A DNA stretch of 46,775 nt from positions 1 through 46,775 of the forward strand of contig JBHLMP010000030.1 in the NCBI GenBank assembly GCA_048938025.1, read 5' to 3'. Below are positions 39,292 through 46,775 of this stretch, piece after piece. Positions within the stretch are counted from its first letter, which is position 1. Every line of letters starts with the position of its first letter. Origin of the DNA: Promethearchaeota archaeon (GTDB taxonomy: Archaea; Asgardarchaeota; Lokiarchaeia; Sigyniarchaeales; SOKP01). The notes below the pieces were generated by a model. It did not search any database. It saw only the letters and a list, made by a program, of their open reading frames with translations, and was not told where the DNA came from. The translations under genes and the position numbers were made by a program.

Positions 39292-40353
39292 ATGGCAATG
39301 GGTGTTAAAATAAATGAATTAGTTAAAGAAGTTAAAAGAACAATTACTTTTGAAAATCTCTTTCAAAAATGTATAGCAATTGACGCTTTTAACACAATTT
39401 ATCAATTTTTAGCGATAATTCGTCAAAGAGATGGAACACCATTGAAGGATTTTCAAGGAAGTGTGACCTCACATCTTTCTGGTCTTTTTTATAGGACTAT
39501 TAATTTTTTAGAGCATAATGTCAAACCGATTTATGTGTTCGATGGTGAACCCTCTGTTTTAAAATTAGATACTATTAAGGAAAGGCAAAAAATAAAAGAA
39601 GAAGCTAGAGAGAAGATGATCGAAGCTCAGGAGGCTGAAGATTTTAGAGAAGCTAAAAAATTTGCTCAGTTTACATCTAAACTTGATTCTAATATGATAG
39701 ATGAAAGTAAAAAATTAATTAAGTATATGGGAATACCGATAATTCAAGCTAGTTCTGAGGGAGAAGCTCAAATAGCATATTTAGTTGAAGTAGGTGATGC
39801 TTGGGCCTGTGCTTCTCAAGATTATGATACTTTATTATTTGGAGGAGATAGATTAGTTAGAAATTTTGCTATAAGTAGGAGCAGAAAGGTTAAAGATACT
39901 ACTATAACGCTTGATATAGAATATATCTCTTTATCAAAGTTTTTAAAAAATTTTGGAATTACCCGTGAACAATTAATAGAGATGGGGATCTTAATAGGAA
40001 CTGATTTTTATCCTGGTATAAAAGGAATTGGTCAAAAAATAGCCCTAGATTTAATAAAAAAATACGATTCTTTAGAGAATGTGATTAAAAATAAGGTTGC
40101 TATAGGAGGAAAAGAGATTCAAATAGATTTCGAATTGATTAAACAAGTAAAAAATATCTTCTTAGATCCAAATATTAAAACAGATTATCAAATACCAAAA
40201 CAGAAGGGTATAGATTATGAAAAATTAGAAGAACTACTCATTGAACAACACAATTTTTCTCATCAAAGAGTTGAAAATGCTTTAGATCGCCTAAGGAAAA
40301 TAGATTCTTCTAAGGTTCAAGTTTCTTTAGATAATTTTCTTAAAAGAAACTAA
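39292..40353 (+). CDS. fen: Flap endonuclease 1
   Basis: MGV, YQFLAIIRQRDG, EGEAQ, SQDYD, GTDF, PIP box QVSLDNFL. Confidence 0.98.
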   Translation: MAMGVKINELVKEVKRTITFENLFQKCIAIDAFNTIYQFLAIIRQRDGTPLKDFQGSVTSHLSGLFYRTINFLEHNVKPIYVFDGEPSVLKLDTIKERQKIKEEAREKMIEAQEAEDFREAKKFAQFTSKLDSNMIDESKKLIKYMGIPIIQASSEGEAQIAYLVEVGDAWACASQDYDTLLFGGDRLVRNFAISRSRKVKDTTITLDIEYISLSKFLKNFGITREQLIEMGILIGTDFYPGIKGIGQKIALDLIKKYDSLENVIKNKVAIGGKEIQIDFELIKQVKNIFLDPNIKTDYQIPKQKGIDYEKLEELLIEQHNFSHQRVENALDRLRKIDSSKVQVSLDNFLKRN

Positions 40354-40426
40354 AAAAGCAAAAATTTTTACAAAATTAATATTTCATTTATTTAATTAAA
40401 TTAAATTTTCTTAAAATCAAGATAAG

Positions 40427-42670
40427 ATGTCATCAAAAGATCCCAATAATAAGGACAATGATAGTAAAAAAGGAGTCAATACCCCCGGTGTTACTTTAAG
40501 GGTTCAAAAAGCTAAAAAAAGAGATATTGGACGTAATATTATAAGGATTGATCAAGAGACAATGGAAAAGCTTAACATACAAACCGGAGATGTTATTGCA
40601 CTTAATGGTAAGAAAAAAAGTGCTGGTATTGCATGGCCCAGTTATCCTCAAGATAATGGTTTAGGAATAGTTCGTATAGATTCAAGGTTACAACAAAATA
40701 CAGGAACAAGAATTGATGATACATTAGAAATTTGTAAAATTAATGCAGAGGTTGCTCAATTTGTTGTTCTAGCACCATCAAATATTCCTATTAGGAACGA
40801 TCCTAGATTCGAAAGTTTCGTAAAAAGAAAGTTAAATAATTATCCTGTAACGATTGATGATTTTATTCCCATATCTATTGGAATAAGTAGAGAAATACAA
40901 TTTAAAGTAATAAATTTAAGACCTAATGATGTTTGCATTATAAAACAAGAAACTGTTGTTAATATAAGCGATCGTGTAACTGAAGATATTGAGAGAGGCC
41001 CTGATTATTTAACCTATGAAGATATTGGCGGATTAGATAGAGAGATACAAAGAGTAAGAGAAATGGTTGAATTACCATTGCGACATCCATCTTTGTTCAA
41101 ACGATTAGGAATAGAACCTCCTAAGGGTGTATTATTAAGGGGACCACCTGGTTGTGGAAAAACATTATTAGCCAGAGCTGTCGCTAATGAAAGTGAAGCA
41201 CATTTTATATCTATCAATGGACCTGAAATCATGAGTAAATTCTATGGGGAATCTGAAAAAAAGTTACGTAAACTCTTTATAGAGGCAGAAGAAAAAAGTC
41301 CTTCAATTATATTCATTGATGAGATTGATGCTATTGCCCCAAAGAGAGAAACAGTGACGGGAGAAGTAGAACGGAGAGTCGTTGCTCAACTTCTAGCATT
41401 AATGGATGGACTTCATGGTAGAGGTAAAGTCATTGTTATAGGTGCTACTAATAGACCAAATAGTTTAGATACGGCATTAAGAAGACCCGGTAGGTTTGAT
41501 CGTGAAATTGAAATAAAAGTTCCTAATGAAAAAGGGAGAAGAGAAATTTTTCAAATACATACTCGAAATATGCCACTGGATAAGAAAATTTCATTAAAAG
41601 AATTTTCCCAAATTACTCATGGATTCGTTGGAGCAGACATTTCAGCAGTTTGTACTGAAGCTGCGATGTCAGCATTGCGAAGATATTTACCAAAAATCGA
41701 TTTAGAATCGGAGATTATTGAACCAGAACTATTAGAACAAATTGAAGTCACGAAAAGTGATTTTGATGAAGCATTAAAAGAAGTATTACCTTCTGGAATA
41801 AGAGAAGTATTTGTAGAAGTCCCTAATGTTACATGGGATCAGGTAGGTGGATTAGAAGATTTAAAGCAAAAATTAATTGAAGCAGTAGAATGGCCTTTAT
41901 CACATCCAAATATATTCAATCGTATGGGCATAACTCCACCAAGAGGAATCTTGCTCTATGGACCCCCAGGATGTGGTAAAACTCTATTAGCAAGAGCAAT
42001 AGCTACTGAAAGCAAAGCTAATTTCATATCTATAAAAGGACCTGAGCTCTTATCTAAATGGGTAGGAGAAAGTGAAAAAGCTATAAGAGAAATTTTTCGT
42101 AAAGCCAAAATGGCGGCGCCTTGTATCATATTTTTTGATGAATTCGACTCAATAGCACCAAGTAGGGGACGACATACTTCTGATTCTGGAGTGAGTGAAA
42201 AAGTATTATCTCAATTTTTAACAGAATTAGATGGATTAGAAATTAAAAAAGATATTGTAGTAATAGCAGCTACGAATCGACCTGATATATTAGACCCTGC
42301 GCTGATTAGGCCTGGTAGAATTGATAGAATATTACTTGTTCCTGTTCCTGATAAAAAAGGAAGGTTGGAGATCTTAAAGATATTTACAAAGGAGATGCCT
42401 TTAGTAAATAATATTAAAATAGAAGAATTAAATGAATTAATCGATGGGTTTTCTGGAGCTGATATAGAAACCTGGTGTCGTGAGGCTGCTATGATAGCTC
42501 TTAGAGAAAATATTAGAGCAAGAAAAGTTTCTATAGAACACTTTAAGGAAGCAAGAGAATTTGTTAGTCCAACATTAACAGAAGAAATAATAGAATGGTA
42601 TAAAAAGTTTGGAGAAAAGCTTAAGAGTAGAAGAATTAAAGAATCAAAAGAGGATCGTTTGTTTGTATAA
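40427..42670 (+). CDS. cdc48: CDC48/VCP/p97 AAA+ ATPase
   Basis: N-domain plus two AAA modules (GPPGCGKT twice; FIDEID and FFDEFD; RPGRFDR and RPGRIDR). Confidence 0.98.
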   Translation: MSSKDPNNKDNDSKKGVNTPGVTLRVQKAKKRDIGRNIIRIDQETMEKLNIQTGDVIALNGKKKSAGIAWPSYPQDNGLGIVRIDSRLQQNTGTRIDDTLEICKINAEVAQFVVLAPSNIPIRNDPRFESFVKRKLNNYPVTIDDFIPISIGISREIQFKVINLRPNDVCIIKQETVVNISDRVTEDIERGPDYLTYEDIGGLDREIQRVREMVELPLRHPSLFKRLGIEPPKGVLLRGPPGCGKTLLARAVANESEAHFISINGPEIMSKFYGESEKKLRKLFIEAEEKSPSIIFIDEIDAIAPKRETVTGEVERRVVAQLLALMDGLHGRGKVIVIGATNRPNSLDTALRRPGRFDREIEIKVPNEKGRREIFQIHTRNMPLDKKISLKEFSQITHGFVGADISAVCTEAAMSALRRYLPKIDLESEIIEPELLEQIEVTKSDFDEALKEVLPSGIREVFVEVPNVTWDQVGGLEDLKQKLIEAVEWPLSHPNIFNRMGITPPRGILLYGPPGCGKTLLARAIATESKANFISIKGPELLSKWVGESEKAIREIFRKAKMAAPCIIFFDEFDSIAPSRGRHTSDSGVSEKVLSQFLTELDGLEIKKDIVVIAATNRPDILDPALIRPGRIDRILLVPVPDKKGRLEILKIFTKEMPLVNNIKIEELNELIDGFSGADIETWCREAAMIALRENIRARKVSIEHFKEAREFVSPTLTEEIIEWYKKFGEKLKSRRIKESKEDRLFV

Positions 42671-42756
42671 AATTCGTAATATTAATTTAAAAACAAAAAT
42701 TAATTACCACAATTTCCAATTTTCTATTTTTAAATTTATAATAATGGTGAAATATT

Positions 42757-43029
42757 ATCGAAACGCATAGATGGAATCAGAAGCCGCTAATAAATTCAAT
42801 ATTAGATATACTTATTAAAAATAAGGGAGAAATTTTAGATAAAAGGCTTGAGGAACTCTTGAAAAAAGAATTCCCTTATATTAATTCTTTAATGTTAGAA
42901 GAATTATTCATGAAATTAGAGAGTATGAATGTAGTAAATGTTTTTCGAGTTTCAAAAAATAAAAAAATGATAGTTCTCAATAAACATAATACATCAATTA
43001 AGAATAATATAATGAATGATTTATTGTAA
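42757..43029 (+). CDS. Small winged-helix-like protein downstream of cdc48; start uncertain (ATC/ATT)
   Basis: Open frame 42751-43029, translated by hand: (NI)IETHRWNQKPLINSILDILIKNKGEILDKRLEELLKKEFPYINSLMLEELFMKLESMNVVNVFRVSKNKKMIVLNKHNTSIKNNIMNDLL*. It fills the gap exactly to the herA stop. Absent from the ORF track. Confidence 0.72.
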   Translation: METHRWNQKPLINSILDILIKNKGEILDKRLEELLKKEFPYINSLMLEELFMKLESMNVVNVFRVSKNKKMIVLNKHNTSIKNNIMNDLL

Positions 43030-44547
43030 TTATTTATTCTGCCACTTTAAGCAAACTTGAGCTAATGAATTATCTTCAGATTGCGGTTTATATTTTCTTT
43101 CCCTAATATCAATAAAAGCCGGGTAATTCACAGCATTTCCCATCAACAACATTTCTCCCACACCCAAACTAGAAATCATACTAGCGTATTCCTGAGTAAT
43201 TGCTTCTGAACTATCCATCAGATGTTTCAAATCATATGGATTTTTAATATTTAAAACCATCTTAGAATTACATTGAGAAAGAGCAGTAGTACTCAACTTT
43301 TTTGGTCTTTGGCTTATTAAACATAAACATGCCATGAATTTTCTTCCCTCTCTAGCAATCATTTCAATGATTGGTTTGGAAATAGCTTTAGAATGAGCTG
43401 CTTCAGGGCAAAATTGATGAGCCTCTTCTACAATTAACAAAAAAGGAGGAATCCTGTTCATCCTTCGAAGATAAAATAAGCGACTACAGATATAATCAAC
43501 AATAATTTGCTTTTTTCTTATACTAATTTCTTTTTGAAGGTTAAAAATCAAAATCTCTTGTTCATGTATGATTTTATTTAATAAAGGATTTTCTTGTGAT
43601 CCAAAGAGTGTTAAACGGTCCAATTCTGATAACCAACCTATTAATGCTTGCTTTGTGCTTTTATTTCCGTCAGATTCATTCTCTATTACATCTATGACAT
43701 CAGAGAGTGTAAATTTTCCTTTTTTTATATCATCTTTTTTTAATTTTTTGATATATTTTGCTAGCTCTCTTATTTGTACATTAGAAATTTGTTCTTGATA
43801 TTTTTTGAAAGAATATTCATTTAAATTCGGAACAGCAATTTGAAAGTAAGAAATATCTTGAACTTTAACCTTGTCTTTTAATTCAACAATATTCTTTAAA
43901 TATAAGTATTCTCCATGAACGTCTATTAATATAATAGCTGGAGTTCCAAATGAACTATCCCTGGTCAGAAGTTCTTCAATAAGAATCGAAGTTAAATAAC
44001 TTTTACCCGCCCCTGAAATTGCTAGAATAGAAAAATGTTTATTCAATAACCTATTCATGCTAATTTTTGTTTCGAAATTTGAAACCTTAACTTTTCCTAC
44101 ATTTAATCCATGATCAATATCAAATCCTAAGAAATTATTTAAGAGTTCCTCTTCCACAAGATAAACATCTGTTCCAGGACTAGCAGGATAAGTCATTCTC
44201 TGTATTTTTGCTATCTCATTTTCTTTATCATCTTTAAAATTAATTATGCCCAAACATTTAACGATAGCTATAGCAAACTCAAAATCTTCGCTTGGAAAAA
44301 GCCCTTTTAAAATGTTAGGATTATTATTGTTATTATAAGCTTTAATCGTTAAAGCGTCAGAGAAATATTCATTTAATAAAACAATTTTTTCAATGATACC
44401 AATTAAAATTCCTTCATTAGATTTTGTATAGACAAACAATCCTTTTCTAATAAAAACTCCATCTCTTCTTTTATTTATGACAAATGGGAATTTTGATACA
44501 TCTGGTAATTGTAAATAATTAAAAACAATACCAACTTTAATCGTCAT
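43030..44547 (-). CDS. herA: HerA-family ATPase/helicase
   Basis: N-terminal HAS-barrel-like region, ISGAGKS, IDVHGEY, VEEAHQF, AREGRKF, ISQRP. Confidence 0.9.
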   Translation of the reverse strand: MTIKVGIVFNYLQLPDVSKFPFVINKRRDGVFIRKGLFVYTKSNEGILIGIIEKIVLLNEYFSDALTIKAYNNNNNPNILKGLFPSEDFEFAIAIVKCLGIINFKDDKENEIAKIQRMTYPASPGTDVYLVEEELLNNFLGFDIDHGLNVGKVKVSNFETKISMNRLLNKHFSILAISGAGKSYLTSILIEELLTRDSSFGTPAIILIDVHGEYLYLKNIVELKDKVKVQDISYFQIAVPNLNEYSFKKYQEQISNVQIRELAKYIKKLKKDDIKKGKFTLSDVIDVIENESDGNKSTKQALIGWLSELDRLTLFGSQENPLLNKIIHEQEILIFNLQKEISIRKKQIIVDYICSRLFYLRRMNRIPPFLLIVEEAHQFCPEAAHSKAISKPIIEMIAREGRKFMACLCLISQRPKKLSTTALSQCNSKMVLNIKNPYDLKHLMDSSEAITQEYASMISSLGVGEMLLMGNAVNYPAFIDIRERKYKPQSEDNSLAQVCLKWQNK

Positions 44548-44706
44548 TTTTTCAAATTGCTGTGGGTATAATGAGAAAAGTATACTTTGATTTTAATTAA
44601 GATTTGAAATCAATAAAAAGAAGATAAGAGCAAAAATTTTCTAATTTAAATTAAAGGATTAAAAATAAAATAATAAATTAGATGAAAATTTCTTAGAAAA
44701 AATTCA

Positions 44707-45324
44707 TTATTTCTTTTCTTCTTTTTCCAAAGCTCCCATAATTTTCAGAATTATATAATACCCATTTTTCCAAAAGTAGATCATGAAAAGGACTATACCT
44801 ACAAGCAAGAACAGTCCTATTCCTGATGCTAATATTGCAGGTCCCCAAGTATTTAGGATTCCTATAAGAGAAAATGCTCCATCTTCAGATCCGGTTAGAA
44901 AATCAACAACTATAGCAAAAATAATTCCTATTATTATACCTATTAAGCTTATTAATAGTCCTCCAGCAGCAATTTTCACACCAATTCTATTTTTATACTT
45001 TTCCTCAAGTTCTCTAACCTTATAGATAAAATTTATTAAAGAACGTGAGGTTTTTTTAAACAATCCAAAAAAGAAAACTAATAGAAAAAATAAACCTGCT
45101 AAAAGTCCACCAATTATCGCTATTTGGAAACCGGGGTTAAGAGCTAAAAACATCTCAAGTTTTCCTGTATATCCTATAAAGATTTCTGCAAGTGTTAAAA
45201 CAGCTCCTCCTATGGTAATTAAACTTGCTAGTACTATAATGCTATAAAAAACTAATGCTACACTTTTCTGTTTTTTATTATACTCAATAGGGCGAATTGG
45301 GACAGAACTTACCATTTTGTTCAC
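44707..45324 (-). CDS. Hypothetical 4-TM membrane protein with an internal two-fold repeat
   Basis: Four hydrophobic segments in two hairpins separated by a basic linker. Confidence 0.75.
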   Translation of the reverse strand: MNKMVSSVPIRPIEYNKKQKSVALVFYSIIVLASLITIGGAVLTLAEIFIGYTGKLEMFLALNPGFQIAIIGGLLAGLFFLLVFFFGLFKKTSRSLINFIYKVRELEEKYKNRIGVKIAAGGLLISLIGIIIGIIFAIVVDFLTGSEDGAFSLIGILNTWGPAILASGIGLFLLVGIVLFMIYFWKNGYYIILKIMGALEKEEKK

Positions 45325-45518
45325 ATCAAATTTTTAAGAGATTATTATATAAGTTATAAGTAAAGTTGAACATGAAAGATTTTTTTGTCCAAACAATTAC
45401 TTAAATATACTTAACTATGCAATTATAATTAAAAAAACAATATCAATAAACATATATAAAATTGATTATTATCAATTCGATTATTTAGTAATTACAAAGA
45501 AAATAGCTATTTTGGACT

Positions 45519-46775
45519 CTAAATCTGATTTAAATTGCTAAATTTTTTATAGAAATCATTACCCTCTAAATAATTATACAAATCATATGAATATTTATAG
45601 ATTTTTTCATAAATTTCATGATTTTCATTATTAGGTATCCATTTCTTATCAACCTTACATAAATTTTCTGCTGCTTTAGATATATCAGGATATAATCCTG
45701 CTCCTGAAGCTGCTAATATGGCTGCACCCAATGATGTGGATTCTTCAATTATATTTCTTACACATGTAATACCTAAAACATCAGCATATATCTGATTCCA
45801 GAAATCTGAACGAGAACCGCCTCCAGTTAACATCAATTCTTTAGGTTCAATTCCTAATTCTTTGAAAACTTCCACATTTTTTCTTACTTCAAACGCCACA
45901 CCTTCAAGAACAGCCCGATAGAGATCTTTTCGTTCATGACCTAAAGATAGCCCGAAGAGTATTCCCTTTGCAAAGGGATTCCAATGAGGAGCTCCTGCTC
46001 CCACTAAATGTGGAATCAATATTAATCCATTTGCGCCAATTGGAGACTGCTTTGCTTCCGAGATCATAATTTCATATGGATCTAGACCTTTCTCTTCTGA
46101 TACTAAGCATTCAGCTCTGCCCACTTGATCTCTAAACCATCTTAGTGTGGCTCCAGATGTAAAAATGCTAGCTTCTTGCACCCAAGATCCTGGTACTGCA
46201 TGACAGCTACATATTACTCTCTTCTCTGGATCGAATTTTGGTTTGTCTAAATACGCTAAAATAAAACTTCCTGTTCCTGTTGTACATTTAATATTACCAA
46301 GAGAAACTACTCCTACTCCTAAAGCTGCAGATTGTTGATCTCCTGCGCCTGTAACCACTAAAGTTTTCTTATCGAATAATGTCTCATCTGTTACAATTTC
46401 TCCAATATCTACCCCACTTTCTATTGCTTCTGGCATTTTATCCAAATCTATTTCAAGTTCGGAAGCGATATCTTCTGAATATTGAAGGTTATTAATATCA
46501 AATAACATTGTTCTAGAAGCATTTGAAAAATCGGTATAAAACTTACCTGTTAATTTGTGTATTATGAAATCTGAAACTAGTAAAAATTTATGAGTTTTTT
46601 GATAAATATCTGGTTTCTCATCCTTGAACCATAATATTTTAGTAGCCGAAAAATATGGATCTATTGTCAATCCTGTAATCCCGTAAATTTTATCTAATCC
46701 TAACTTAGATTTAATTGTTTCCACTTGATTTATAGTGCGTCGATCTTGCCAAACTAATGCATTATGAAGAGGATT
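45519..46775 (-). CDS. FGGY carbohydrate kinase (glycerol kinase/xylulokinase-like), 5'-truncated by the window edge
   Basis: The frame continues past GTG 46724 to the edge (NPLHNALVWQDRRT); DPYFSATK, NASRTMLFD, GDQQ, GAPHW, TGGG. Confidence 0.93.
   Translation of the reverse strand, partial: NPLHNALVWQDRRTINQVETIKSKLGLDKIYGITGLTIDPYFSATKILWFKDEKPDIYQKTHKFLLVSDFIIHKLTGKFYTDFSNASRTMLFDINNLQYSEDIASELEIDLDKMPEAIESGVDIGEIVTDETLFDKKTLVVTGAGDQQSAALGVGVVSLGNIKCTTGTGSFILAYLDKPKFDPEKRVICSCHAVPGSWVQEASIFTSGATLRWFRDQVGRAECLVSEEKGLDPYEIMISEAKQSPIGANGLILIPHLVGAGAPHWNPFAKGILFGLSLGHERKDLYRAVLEGVAFEVRKNVEVFKELGIEPKELMLTGGGSRSDFWNQIYADVLGITCVRNIIEESTSLGAAILAASGAGLYPDISKAAENLCKVDKKWIPNNENHEIYEKIYKYSYDLYNYLEGNDFYKKFSNLNQI

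Noticed and set aside
42748-42750. In-frame TGA as a selenocysteine codon extending the hidden ORF
   Set aside because: An in-frame TAA lies two codons upstream with no start in between, and I recognised no SECIS-like hairpin.
2096-45025. Numerous short antisense or alternative-frame ORFs (e.g. 2096-2428, 12614-13036, 29609-29959, 36422-36712, 44783-45025)
   Set aside because: They are shadows of well-supported genes, with no motifs of their own.

Overview
AT-rich, gene-dense chromosomal window from an Asgard archaeon, most likely Lokiarchaeia. The assignment rests on a Lokiactin gene running off the left edge (missed by the ORF track), a Rab-like GTPase, a roadblock protein and a HEAT/LRR protein, set among archaeal core genes (rpoK, Hef, SRP54, aIF5A, Nob1, FEN1, CDC48, HerA). 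The window also carries a tRNA-Val(CAC) with an intron in the D-arm, purine/pyrimidine/NAD genes and TldD/TldE. A dispersed sugar-phosphate set includes two FGGY kinases, PfkB, two class II aldolases and a TIM-barrel epimerase. Four observations stand out: (1) a DHDPS-fold domain lacking its catalytic Lys and Tyr, fused to an APH-type kinase; (2) an adjacent operon of FGGY kinase, SCP2 lipid carrier and a dehydrogenase/aldolase fusion; (3) an unannotated ~90-aa winged-helix gene after cdc48 with no standard start codon; (4) degenerate TrmY and NikR homologues. I saw no CRISPR array, transposase or integrase. All family calls come from motif recognition by eye, not database searches.
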